Assembly: GCA_964385175.1 (NCBI GenBank)
Contig: CAYLNL010000001.1
Coordinates: 284,593-348,592 of the forward strand
DNA: 64,000 nucleotides
Reading direction: 5' to 3'
Origin: an uncultured Flavobacteriaceae bacterium
GTDB lineage: Bacteria > Bacteroidota > Bacteroidia > Flavobacteriales > Flavobacteriaceae
In this document: positions 45,863-56,500 of the stretch, one piece after another
Layout of the letters: every line of letters starts with the position of its first letter
Position numbering within the stretch: position 1 is the first letter of the stretch
Notes under the pieces: generated by a model
What the model saw: the letters and a program-made list of their open reading frames with translations, nothing else
Database searches by the model: none
Told to the model about the DNA's origin: nothing
Program-made: the position numbers and the translations under genes

Positions 45863-46525
45863 ATGAGAGTAACCGAGTTCAAAGACTATAAAAATACAGC
45901 AGTACCTCGTATAGGAGAAGGCATCTATTTAATTAGAGATGTCGCTGCTATACTTATGCTTCCGTATTCAAGAGTTAGACATTTAATGAAAGGCTTTTGG
46001 CATGGAAGTACATTTGGCGAGGAGAAAAATAGAGCTATAAATTTTTATGGATTAATTGAATTTTATACATTTTTTCAATTAAGAGAATTGGGTGTAACGG
46101 CTAATGAAATAAAAAAAGCCCATTCTATTTTAGCAAAAGATTTGAATGTAAAATATCCCTTCGCCCTGTCTGGAATAAAAACAGATGGAAAGAAAGTTTG
46201 GTATGAAACTCTTGAAAATCTTATCAAGGTTGATGGGAAAAAGCAATTTGCAATTAAAGAATTTATTGTCGAATTTCTTCATAAGATTGATTTTGGCGAG
46301 AATAAGGTAGCCATGAGATTTTATCCTTTAAATAATTCAAAGTTAGTGGTTGTAGATCCTAAACATCAATTTGGACAGCCTACAATAGCTGGTAGAAATA
46401 TAGCTGTTTCAATCATAAAAAAGCTATACGATGGCGGAGAATCTGTTAATGATATTAGTAAACTATATGAAATTAAAGACTCCCAGGTTTTTGATGCACT
46501 TAAATACTACAAACGAACTGCATAA
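45863..46525 (+). CDS. DUF433-containing putative antitoxin
   Basis: C-terminal DPKHQFGQPTIAGRNIAVSIIKKLYDGGESVNDISKLYEI matches the DUF433 pattern. Its stop overlaps the next start (TAATG). Confidence 0.65.
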   Translation: MRVTEFKDYKNTAVPRIGEGIYLIRDVAAILMLPYSRVRHLMKGFWHGSTFGEEKNRAINFYGLIEFYTFFQLRELGVTANEIKKAHSILAKDLNVKYPFALSGIKTDGKKVWYETLENLIKVDGKKQFAIKEFIVEFLHKIDFGENKVAMRFYPLNNSKLVVVDPKHQFGQPTIAGRNIAVSIIKKLYDGGESVNDISKLYEIKDSQVFDALKYYKRTA

Positions 46526-46932
46526 TGTTTTTTCTTTTTGATGAGAACGTGCCATTTAAATTTGTTAAAGGACTGGCACTTATTGAAGAAGCTAATCATA
46601 AAAGCAATTATCAGGCTAAGGTTGTGCACCCACGCGAAATTTCAAATGAAGGCGCTTCGGATGAAGAACAAATTAGATATGCAGGAGTACATGAAGGTGT
46701 TATTATTTCCTTCGATAAAGATTTTAAATATATGAAAAGCTATTACCCTCTCTACAGAGAATTTAATGTAGGCTCAGTAATCTTTAATCTATCCAAAAAA
46801 GATTATAATTACTGGGGGATAGTTAAAACGATTATTGTTAAATGGGAAGACTTGAAAATAAAAATTCAGGAAACAAAGCGCCCGTTCATATTTGAAATTA
46901 CCTCACGTGGAATTGAAAAACGAATGTTTTAG
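46525..46932 (+). CDS. DUF5615-like (PIN-like) putative toxin
   Basis: MFFLFDENVPFKFVKGL.. is an N-terminus typical of DUF5615. Paired with the DUF433 gene. AT-rich. Confidence 0.6.
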   Translation: MFFLFDENVPFKFVKGLALIEEANHKSNYQAKVVHPREISNEGASDEEQIRYAGVHEGVIISFDKDFKYMKSYYPLYREFNVGSVIFNLSKKDYNYWGIVKTIIVKWEDLKIKIQETKRPFIFEITSRGIEKRMF

Positions 46933-47190
46933 CTTATAAATTATATAAGATAACTACATACAACACCCTTTGTTAGCCTTAGCCTCTTAGTATGCCCTTA
47001 TTCTGTATTTCCATAGCTAACAGCAAACCATCAGCGTCCTTACGTTTCCATCATGTGCGCCTGCCCGAACCTGCGCGCCACAAACCCACACCAAAATTGG
47101 CAACCCGGGCTATAAAGGGTTTATTTTGCAACTCCCATTCCCGCTTCGTACCTTTACCAATTATTACTATTGCAAAAAAATAGAAACACT

Positions 47191-47541
47191 ATGAGCAATC
47201 CCATCCAGAATTACATCATCAGCACCCGTTCAAAACAATGGAAACCCTTACAAGAAGAAGGTGTGGACACAAAAGGAATTTTTATTATGCCTTTACGGTT
47301 TGAAAAAGACGGGCGACCTCCCAGTTTTCTCCTGAAATTTGAAGCGGGAGCCAGCTACCCATACCACAATCACCCGGCAGGCGAAGAACTTTTTGTTTTA
47401 GAAGGCAGTTGCAGTATTGAAGGCGCAACCCTATCTCAGGGCGATTATTTATATACTCCGCCCAACTTTAAACATGCTGTAAAATCGGAAACCGGCTGTG
47501 TAGTTCTTTTTATAGTTCCCCAGGAAGTTGAAATTTTGTAA
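47191..47541 (+). CDS. Cupin domain protein (ChrR-like cupin)
   Basis: YPYHNHPAGEELFVLEGS..YTPPNFKHAV. Confidence 0.75.
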   Translation: MSNPIQNYIISTRSKQWKPLQEEGVDTKGIFIMPLRFEKDGRPPSFLLKFEAGASYPYHNHPAGEELFVLEGSCSIEGATLSQGDYLYTPPNFKHAVKSETGCVVLFIVPQEVEIL

Positions 47542-47861
47542 AAACCAGCTACCAACCAACCCACAGAATTACCCCACGTTGTATAAAAATATATAGCCCG
47601 CTAAAACAACTCGGCATAGGAGAATTATACTACCTGTTTTACCTTTTGCCCGTAAGAGCTTCCCGGGTTGCCCGTACCCCCGGTGGATAAACTTTTTGCC
47701 CAAGAGTGTAGGCCTACCCTCCCGTGTACGCATACGCCTGCTTGCGCCGCATGCGTGGCAACTCCATGCCGGTTAGCAACCCGAATTATAGAGGCGTTGT
47801 TTAAAAACTTTTGTTTCCGTACCTTCGCCATACATATCAAAAACCATTTTAAAACAAAACC

Positions 47862-48317
47862 ATGAAGATTGAAGCTATTTCCCCGGAGCATTACATTCAG
47901 CAGGTTCCCGAAGACAGAAAACAGGCAATGACTCTATTGCGGCAAACCATTCTCGATAATTTACCGCAAGGCTTTGAAGAAACAATAAATTATGGAATGA
48001 TAGGCTATGTAGTGCCCAAATCTACCTACCCCCAAGGCTACCATTGCACCCCCGAACTTCCACTCCCCTTTATAAACATAGCCTCGCAAAAAAATTTCAT
48101 CGCCCTCTACCACATGGGCATCTATGCCGATAAAACCCTTTTAGAGTGGTTTAAAAAAGAATATCCTAAGCACAGCAAATTAAAATTAGACATGGGAAAA
48201 AGTTGCATCCGGTTTAAAAACCCAAATCAAATTCCATTAAACTTAATCGCCGAACTCGTACAAAAAATGACCCCGGGAAAATGGATTCAACTCTATGAAA
48301 CTTACTTAAAGCAATAG
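47862..48317 (+). CDS. DUF1801 (YdhG-like) domain protein
   Basis: The sequence pattern MIGYVVP..FIALYHMGIYAD is typical of DUF1801. Confidence 0.6.
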   Translation: MKIEAISPEHYIQQVPEDRKQAMTLLRQTILDNLPQGFEETINYGMIGYVVPKSTYPQGYHCTPELPLPFINIASQKNFIALYHMGIYADKTLLEWFKKEYPKHSKLKLDMGKSCIRFKNPNQIPLNLIAELVQKMTPGKWIQLYETYLKQ

Positions 48318-48444
48318 TGTACCATACAAAATAAGGCTGGAACCAAAAAAGCAAACCCTAACTTCCCGTCCCTTGCCTACACAAGCTACCTCATAAAAAC
48401 TCTATTTCACTCCTTTTCGTTAGCGCTTAGCCCCGTTGCATGCA

Positions 48445-49269
48445 TTAGCCCAATGCCACATCCAGCGTCATCATCACCAGGAACCCGCCTATGAAACCCA
48501 GTGTAGCCACATCTGTGTACTTATCTTGCTGCGTTTCAGGAATCACCTCCTCTACCACCACAAAAATCATAGCGCCGGCCGCAAATGCCAGCGCATACGG
48601 AAGAACCGGCGTAAAGAATGTTACCGCCAACGCCCCCACAACCCCGGCTATAGGCTCTACAAAAGCAGATAGTTGCCCATACCAGAAACTTTTTCGGCGG
48701 CTAACCCCCATCCTGCGCAACGGCATAGCTACGGCTATCCCTTCCGGGAAATTCTGGATACCAATGCCCAGCGCCAAAATAACGGCGCCCGCTATAGACG
48801 CCTCGGGAATACCTGCTGCTACCCCGCCAAACAAAACCCCCACCGCCAAACCTTCGGGAATGTTATGAAGCGTTATCGCTAATATCAACAAAGTTGTTCG
48901 CCTCCATTTAGTATCCACACCTTCTGTTTTAGCAGGGCTAAAGTTGAGGTGCAGGTGTGGCAAATACTTGTCTAACGCATACAAAAAAAGCGCCCCCAGT
49001 AAAAACCCCGTAGCAGAGGGAATTACCTTTATAAACCCATCGCCCTTGCTCATTTCAATAGCTGGCGATAATAAACTCCAGAAACTGGCAGCTACCATAA
49101 CCCCGCCTGTAAACCCCAGCATACCGTCTAAGACGCTGCGTTTCATAGTCTTAAAGAAAAAAACCAATGCGGCGCCTGCTGCGGTAACCATCCAGGTAAA
49201 CAAGGTTGCCAAAAAAGCCCCCAGTATAGGGTTTATAGATTCAAAAAAATTAGTAATCTCGCGAAACAT
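48445..49269 (-). CDS. ZIP family metal transporter
   Basis: Polytopic, with HNIPEGLAVG and QNFPEGIAVA motifs. Confidence 0.9.
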   Translation of the reverse strand: MFREITNFFESINPILGAFLATLFTWMVTAAGAALVFFFKTMKRSVLDGMLGFTGGVMVAASFWSLLSPAIEMSKGDGFIKVIPSATGFLLGALFLYALDKYLPHLHLNFSPAKTEGVDTKWRRTTLLILAITLHNIPEGLAVGVLFGGVAAGIPEASIAGAVILALGIGIQNFPEGIAVAMPLRRMGVSRRKSFWYGQLSAFVEPIAGVVGALAVTFFTPVLPYALAFAAGAMIFVVVEEVIPETQQDKYTDVATLGFIGGFLVMMTLDVALG

Positions 49270-49273
49270 AGCA

Positions 49274-49924
49274 TTATTTTTTAATATATATATGATGAGT
49301 AACCAATACAGATAGGTTTATTTCGGTATTTTTATGCAACACCCTCATAGAACCATCAAACGGCTCTTTTGCCAGTACCTCAAGCGCATCTCCCAACGCC
49401 ATATTCAACCGGTCTAAATATTTCAAAAAAGCAGATGACGAATCTTTTATCCCTGAAAAAACTACCCGCTCCCCCACATTGCAAGACGCCAGCGAGGTTT
49501 TTTGAAATGCTCGGAGACTCCCGTTCTCGTTTGGAATAGGGTCTCCGTGCGGGTCTGTTTCAGGAAAATTTAGAAAAGCATCTAATTGCGCCACTAATTT
49601 TTCCGATTGAATATGCTCTAACTGCTCTGCCACCTCGTGCACCTCATCCCATGAAAAATTCAGCTTCTCCGCTAAAAAAACTTCCCAGAGCCGATGCTTT
49701 CTCACAATTTTAGCAGCGCTCTTTTTCCCTTTTTGAGTAAGCGTTACGCCCTGGTATTTCTTATACCGAACTAGGTTTTTTTCTGCCAGTTTTTTAAGCA
49801 TATCTGTAACCGAAGAAGCGCGTGTTTTCGTTTGCATAGCAATAGCATTGGTAGTAATTTCCCTGCCCCTCTCCCCGGTGAGGTGATAGATAGATTTCAG
49901 GTAATCTTCTTCCGAAAGCGTCAT
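49274..49924 (-). CDS. DtxR/MntR-family metal-dependent transcriptional regulator
   Basis: SEEDYLKSIY.., wHTH, a metal-binding helical domain and a C-terminal FeoA-like domain. Upstream of the ZIP gene in the same operon. Confidence 0.9.
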   Translation of the reverse strand: MTLSEEDYLKSIYHLTGERGREITTNAIAMQTKTRASSVTDMLKKLAEKNLVRYKKYQGVTLTQKGKKSAAKIVRKHRLWEVFLAEKLNFSWDEVHEVAEQLEHIQSEKLVAQLDAFLNFPETDPHGDPIPNENGSLRAFQKTSLASCNVGERVVFSGIKDSSSAFLKYLDRLNMALGDALEVLAKEPFDGSMRVLHKNTEINLSVLVTHHIYIKK

Positions 49925-49953
49925 ACAAGGACAATTTTTGACAAAAATACATT

Positions 49954-49991
49954 TTTATTTATATAAATAAATTTTTAGACAAATCTAAAAA
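49954..49991. promoter_or_regulatory. Two AT-rich palindromes in the divergent mntR-like/crtY-like intergenic region (candidate operator)
   Basis: An 18-bp perfect palindrome TTTATTTATATAAATAAA (49954-49971) and the inverted repeat TTTTTAGA-CAAA-TCTAAAAA (49972-49991). Confidence 0.3.
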
Positions 49992-50095
49992 TAAGAGCAA
50001 CTAAAACACCACACACAATACTTCTCCAATAGAGTCAATACCCGAGCGCAATGGCAGGTTAATAGAGATTAATTACCTTTGATGTGGAACGGCGT

Positions 50096-51247
50096 ATGAA
50101 ACACTATCACTATATCCTTAGCGGAGGCGGAGCAGCTGGCTTGTTGCTGGCTTATCGGATGGCGATGGATGCTTTTTTTGATGATAAACGCATTCTTATC
50201 ATTGAGGAAAAGCCCAAAATAAAAAATGACCGCACATGGTGTTTTTGGGAAAAGCCTGGCGGAGAATTAGATGCGCTGCTTTTTAAAACATGGGAACAAG
50301 CTATCTTTAAAAGCCCAACGGTTTATCGCAGGTTTTCCATGCAGCCATATCGTTACAAAATGTTGCGGAGCGGCGACTTGTACCGGTTTATACAGGAAAA
50401 AATCGCTGCCACTCCTCATATAGAAATAGTATATGATAGAGTTAAGTCTATACATAACAGGGGAGAGGGAGTTGAGGTAGAAACTGAAACTACAGTTTTC
50501 ACTGCCAACAAAGTTTTCAACAGTATTTTAAACAACGCAGATTTATATAAACAAAAAAAATACCCAGTGTTGCAACAACACTTCAGGGGCTGGTTTATAC
50601 AAACCGAACAGGCTATTTTTGATGAGCAGGCGCTTACTTTTATGGATTTTACAGTGCCGCAGCAGGGAAATACGCGATTTATGTATGTATTGCCCTTTTC
50701 TCCTACGGAGGCGTTGGTAGAATATACCTTATTTTCTGAAACGTTGCTCCCGGAGAAAGACTATGAAGAGGCCTTGCAAGCATATATAAAAGAATTAGGA
50801 GTTGAGTCGTATAAAATTGTTGAAAAAGAAAAAGGCAGCATCCCCATGACGGGATATAATTTTGGGAAGCGCAATTCTGCCCATATTCATCATATAGGCA
50901 CGGCAGGCGGGTGGACGAAACCGAGTACAGGTTATACCTTTTTAAATATGGTACGGCAAACAAAAGAGTTGGTTACCCGGTTGAAACAAGAGCTTCCCTT
51001 GTCGGCACAGGCTCAGAAATGGCGTTTCCGTTGGTACGACCGCCTTTTTATAGATGTGCTGCATCGCCGTAATGAGTTGGGAGGCGCCCTGTTTTTGGCC
51101 TTGTTTAAAAAAAACCCACCCCGCCGGATTTTCAGATTTCTCGGTGAGCAGACCACCATAAAAGAAGAATGGAAGCTGCTTAGCTCTTTACCGGCAAGAC
51201 TTTTCATAAAAAGTCTTTTCAGGCGATGGATGAATAGATTTAAGTGA
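50096..51247 (+). CDS. Lycopene cyclase family protein (CrtY-type flavoprotein)
   Basis: N-terminal dinucleotide fold YHYILSGGGAAGL, with length and motifs typical of lycopene beta-cyclase. Confidence 0.75.
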   Translation: MKHYHYILSGGGAAGLLLAYRMAMDAFFDDKRILIIEEKPKIKNDRTWCFWEKPGGELDALLFKTWEQAIFKSPTVYRRFSMQPYRYKMLRSGDLYRFIQEKIAATPHIEIVYDRVKSIHNRGEGVEVETETTVFTANKVFNSILNNADLYKQKKYPVLQQHFRGWFIQTEQAIFDEQALTFMDFTVPQQGNTRFMYVLPFSPTEALVEYTLFSETLLPEKDYEEALQAYIKELGVESYKIVEKEKGSIPMTGYNFGKRNSAHIHHIGTAGGWTKPSTGYTFLNMVRQTKELVTRLKQELPLSAQAQKWRFRWYDRLFIDVLHRRNELGGALFLALFKKNPPRRIFRFLGEQTTIKEEWKLLSSLPARLFIKSLFRRWMNRFK

Positions 51248-51358
51248 GGCAAAATTCTCTTTTCGGGCAACTTTTTAAAGACAAATTAGTGTAAAAGTAC
51301 CTGGCAGGTCGCTTCAGTTCTCACCATTAAATTCGTTATTTTTGCCTAAAAATACGGC

Positions 51359-52237
51359 ATGCTTTCCATAGACCCTACCGCCATTGCTACCTCCAGGTTG
51401 CACAACTACCTGCTTCATGCCGTAGCGCCGCGACCTATTGCTTTTGCCAGTACGGTAGATGCCAAAGGCAATCCCAATCTTTCACCTTTCAGTTTTTTCA
51501 ATGTGTTTAGCGCCAATCCACCAGTTATGATTTTTTCCCCTTCCCGCAGAGTGCGAGATAATACTACCAAGCATACGCTGGAAAATGCACAGGAAACACG
51601 CGAGGTGGTTATAAATGTGGTGAACTATGAACTGGTGCAGCAAATGTCGCTCGCCAGCACAGAATACCCTAAGGGGGTTAATGAATTTATCAAATCGGGG
51701 TTAACCATGGTGCCCTCAGACCTTGTGAAACCCTACCGGGTGGCAGAATCTCCCGTTCAGTTTGAGTGCAGGGTGAATGATATAATAGCCTTGGGAACAG
51801 GAGGCGGAGCGGGAAACTTGATTATTTGCGAAGTGGTGCGATTTCATCTTTCGGAAGCTATTTTAGATGCGGATAAGAATATAGACCCGTATAAGATTGA
51901 CTTGGTGAGTCGTATGGGAGGCGATTGGTATTGTAGAAGCCGACTGGGTATGTTTGAAATGCCTAAACCAGTATCTAACCTGGGTATAGGGGTAGATGGG
52001 ATTCCTCGTGAAATTAGAGAGAGCGATATTTTAACCGGGAACGACCTGGGCAGGCTGGGGACTATAAACCTGCTTCCTTCTAAAGAAGAAGCGGCGGCTT
52101 TTATAGCGCAAACCCCACAGTTGCAAAACCTGCTGGATACCGCCGATATGCAAAAAATACACAAAAAAGCCCAGGAATATATAGAAAATAACGATATTGC
52201 AACCGCATGGAAGTTGCTTTTAGCAAGTATCTCATAA
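51359..52237 (+). CDS. Flavin reductase family protein with a C-terminal extension
   Basis: RPIAFASTVDAKGNPNLSPFSFFN is typical of the flavin reductase-like FMN-binding domain. Confidence 0.8.
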   Translation: MLSIDPTAIATSRLHNYLLHAVAPRPIAFASTVDAKGNPNLSPFSFFNVFSANPPVMIFSPSRRVRDNTTKHTLENAQETREVVINVVNYELVQQMSLASTEYPKGVNEFIKSGLTMVPSDLVKPYRVAESPVQFECRVNDIIALGTGGGAGNLIICEVVRFHLSEAILDADKNIDPYKIDLVSRMGGDWYCRSRLGMFEMPKPVSNLGIGVDGIPREIRESDILTGNDLGRLGTINLLPSKEEAAAFIAQTPQLQNLLDTADMQKIHKKAQEYIENNDIATAWKLLLASIS

Positions 52238-52264
52238 AATGTATATAGTTAAAAAAATAAAGAT

Positions 52265-52639
52265 ATGGAAATACAAGGAAAAATTAAATTTATTGACGGA
52301 ATTAAAACCTACGGAGCAAATGGTTTTAGAAAACGGGAAATAGTGCTTACTACGGAAGAGAATTACCCACAGCATATTCTCATAGAGTTTGTGCAGGATA
52401 AATGCGAGCTACTGAATGACTATAGAGTAGGGCAGATGGTAAAAATAAGCATTAACCTGAAAGGAAGAGAATGGGTGAATCCCCAGGGTGAAACGAAGTA
52501 TTTTAATTCTATCCAGGGCTGGCGAATTGAAAGTTTAACGGAGAACACTGCGCAAGAGGTTTCCCCGGAGCCACCAATGAATGCTTTTGAGCCGGCAAAC
52601 AAGGCTATGGAAGAAGAGTATGACGACCTTCCTTTTTAA
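52265..52639 (+). CDS. DUF3127 (OB-fold-like) protein ending in an SSB-type acidic tip
   Basis: MEIQGKIKFI..FRKREIVLTT..QHILIEFVQDK matches the DUF3127 pattern. The C-terminus EEEYDDLPF copies the tip of the ssb product in this window. Confidence 0.7.
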   Translation: MEIQGKIKFIDGIKTYGANGFRKREIVLTTEENYPQHILIEFVQDKCELLNDYRVGQMVKISINLKGREWVNPQGETKYFNSIQGWRIESLTENTAQEVSPEPPMNAFEPANKAMEEEYDDLPF

Positions 52640-52661
52640 TAAGTGGGCGCTATAAAGCATG

Positions 52662-52694
52662 AAAAAGAGGCTGTCTTTTTAGGCAGCCTCTTTT
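52662..52694. terminator. Bidirectional intrinsic terminator between the DUF3127 gene and groEL
   Basis: AAAAGAGGCTG-TCTTTTTAGG-CAGCCTCTTTT: a GC-containing stem flanked by an A-run and a T-run, between convergent genes. Confidence 0.7.
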
Positions 52695-52716
52695 ATTTAT
52701 AAAAAACCGGGTTTTT

Positions 52717-54369
<1,653 letters not shown>

Positions 54370-54396
54370 TTAAATGAATAGTTGGTAGATACTAAA

Positions 54397-54678
54397 TTAT
54401 ATGATAGCTAAAATATCGCTTTCGCGCATCATCAAATAGTCTTTCCCTTCAAGTTTAATCTCGGTACCAGAATATTTTCCGTATAATACCGTATCGCCTA
54501 CTTTTACGGTAACGGGGTCGTCTTTTTTGCCTGGGCCAACGGCAACTACCAATCCTTTTTGGGGTTTTTCTTTAGCCGTGTCGGGAATAATGATGCCGGA
54601 AGCGGTTTTGGTTTCTGCCTCAACAGGTTCTACCAGAACCCTGTCGGCAAGCGGTTTAATTTTTAATTTGTTAGCCAT
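54397..54678 (-). CDS. groS: Co-chaperonin GroES
   Basis: [23 protein letters not shown]. Confidence 0.98.
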   Translation of the reverse strand: MANKLKIKPLADRVLVEPVEAETKTASGIIIPDTAKEKPQKGLVVAVGPGKKDDPVTVKVGDTVLYGKYSGTEIKLEGKDYLMMRESDILAII

Positions 54679-54723
54679 ACTAATTTCTATTTTTTATATG
54701 TATTGGAGTTGGTTTCTGATTTG

Positions 54724-54738
54724 GCAGAAATTGTGCCA
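54724..54738 (-). promoter_or_regulatory. Candidate sigma-54 (-24/-12) promoter upstream of groES
   Basis: The minus strand reads TGGCACAATTTCTGC, with GG and GC at consensus spacing (TGGCAC-N5-TTGC). The GC is 45 nt from the groES ATG. The element is itself part of a TGGCA/TGCCA palindrome. Confidence 0.35.
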
Positions 54739-54814
54739 TGTGTATAAAAATGACATTTTAAAGAATAAAAATGCCAACTTGGCATAGCGATATGTCATTT
54801 TGGGATGGAGAGGC

Positions 54815-55165
54815 TTAGTTGTTGTTAGAAGGCTTAGGGGTAACAGGTTGTTTATTTTGCCCTGTATTATTTGGGGGAGTAGCTCTTTTTTCGGTAGCTT
54901 GTGCGGGCGCTTCGGGCTCAGATGAGGAGCGGTTAGTGAGGGCTATATTGGATAATAGAATGAGGATTGCCAGTATAGAGGCTAATACCCAGGTGCTTTT
55001 ATCTAAAAAATCGCCGGTTTTTTTAACGCCTCCCGCTACCTGAACGCCGCCTCCGCCAAATGAAGAAGATAACCCACCTCCCTTAGGGTTTTGTACCATA
55101 ATTACCAGTATTAATAGGAAGGCTACTACAATAATTAATACTAAGAAGATAGAAAACATGCTCAT
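54815..55165 (-). CDS. secG: Preprotein translocase subunit SecG with a long C-terminal tail
   Basis: Two TM helices, a GGG-rich loop (KGGGLSSSFGGGG) and a conserved position near groES. Confidence 0.8.
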   Translation of the reverse strand: MSMFSIFLVLIIVVAFLLILVIMVQNPKGGGLSSSFGGGGVQVAGGVKKTGDFLDKSTWVLASILAILILLSNIALTNRSSSEPEAPAQATEKRATPPNNTGQNKQPVTPKPSNNN

Positions 55166-55989
55166 GGAATATCGTTATTTTGCTGTAATTTTTTTATCGC
55201 TTTCATTTGGTCTGCAAAGAAACCACTTTTTTCTGGATATTTCAAACTTAAAATTTTATAGGCTTGTATGGCTTCTTTATATTTTCGTTGCTCTACATAC
55301 ACTTTGGCGAGGGTTTCTGTCATCAGCTCATTTTTTTCAAAAGGTAAGGGATTTTGGGGTAGGGATAAGGTTGTTTCTTCTTTCCTAGGTATAATTTTAG
55401 GGTTTTCGGCGATAAATTTGTCTATTCGCTCAAATTTTTCCTTTTTGAGGGTAGAAACAGAAACGGGCTCGGCAGGGCTTGTACTGTGTTGAACAGTTTG
55501 TGGCGAGGTGAGTTTAAGCCATTCGCTAAAAGAATGCCGTCCCCGGGTGGAAAATTCTACCGGCTTCTGCGGGGCTGCACTTTTTTCAGGGAGATTTTCT
55601 GCCTCTGTAGGAAAGGTATTTTTAGGGAGAAAGAGCTGGGGGTTTAAAACCGCTTCGGCTTCTTTTTCATTGGGCAGGAAAGAATTTTCCCTGAATATTT
55701 CTGTTACCGGGCGGAGTTTTTCAGGTTCTTGTTCCGAGGGGGGTATGGGTGGAATCTTTTCTGAGGCAATGTATTCAAATAAAACAGAACGGTCTGCGGT
55801 ATAGGCGGCGGTTTGGGCGAGCGCTGTTTGGTAAAGCGGGTCGGCGGTTTTAGAAAAGGTTTTTAGTAGCAATGCTCTTACACATTGTATATAGGGATAG
55901 TTTTTTAATAGGGTTTGGAGAGAAAGAATATCTTTTTCCGATAGATTTTCAGGATGTTGAAGGAGGTATGTAAAAGTGGTTTTGTCCAT
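55162..55989 (-). CDS. Hypothetical protein with a C-terminal TPR-like motif
   Basis: LAKVYVEQRKYKEAIQAYKILSLKYPEKS. Overlaps the secG start. Confidence 0.6.
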   Translation of the reverse strand: MDKTTFTYLLQHPENLSEKDILSLQTLLKNYPYIQCVRALLLKTFSKTADPLYQTALAQTAAYTADRSVLFEYIASEKIPPIPPSEQEPEKLRPVTEIFRENSFLPNEKEAEAVLNPQLFLPKNTFPTEAENLPEKSAAPQKPVEFSTRGRHSFSEWLKLTSPQTVQHSTSPAEPVSVSTLKKEKFERIDKFIAENPKIIPRKEETTLSLPQNPLPFEKNELMTETLAKVYVEQRKYKEAIQAYKILSLKYPEKSGFFADQMKAIKKLQQNNDIP

Positions 55990-55990
55990 T

Positions 55991-56494
55991 CTACCAGTTG
56001 GCTAAAGAGGCATTGAAAATGTCTTGCCCTATCCGCTCAAAGATTTGCTGGAAAGCGGTATTTTTCACTTGGTTTATCTGTTGGGCGGCAGGAAAATCAT
56101 AGAAAAACGAAAATCGTTTCTGGAAATCTTTTTCGGGGTTTTGCTTGTTTGAAAAGCGAACATTCACCCCAATGGTGAGGCGGTTTTGGGAGGCGGTTTG
56201 TTGCGCTGTGGCGCTCATGGGAGAGATGTAATATTCTACAATTTCACCTTCATATAACAGGTCTCCATTGGCATTTACAAGAGCAAGATTGGTTTGGTTC
56301 AGGATTAGGTCTTGCAAGAACAGGGTAAAATCCCTGTCTAACCCCGGTTCTACAATAGGGGCGTTGTTTTGAAAAAAGTTTACCTGGAAGGTTTTGGCAT
56401 TTCCCACATCGCCGCCTGTGAAATTATAGACGCCACAGGCACAAAACAGGGCTGCTATGCTGAAACCTATTATTATATAGATGCTACGTTTCAT
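55991..56494 (-). CDS. LptE-like lipoprotein
   Basis: Lipoprotein signal IAALFCAC. Size and neighbourhood (sigma-54 activator upstream, secG downstream) are as I recall for Bacteroidota LptE-family genes. Confidence 0.55.
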   Translation of the reverse strand: MKRSIYIIIGFSIAALFCACGVYNFTGGDVGNAKTFQVNFFQNNAPIVEPGLDRDFTLFLQDLILNQTNLALVNANGDLLYEGEIVEYYISPMSATAQQTASQNRLTIGVNVRFSNKQNPEKDFQKRFSFFYDFPAAQQINQVKNTAFQQIFERIGQDIFNASLANW

Positions 56495-56500
56495 AGGAGG

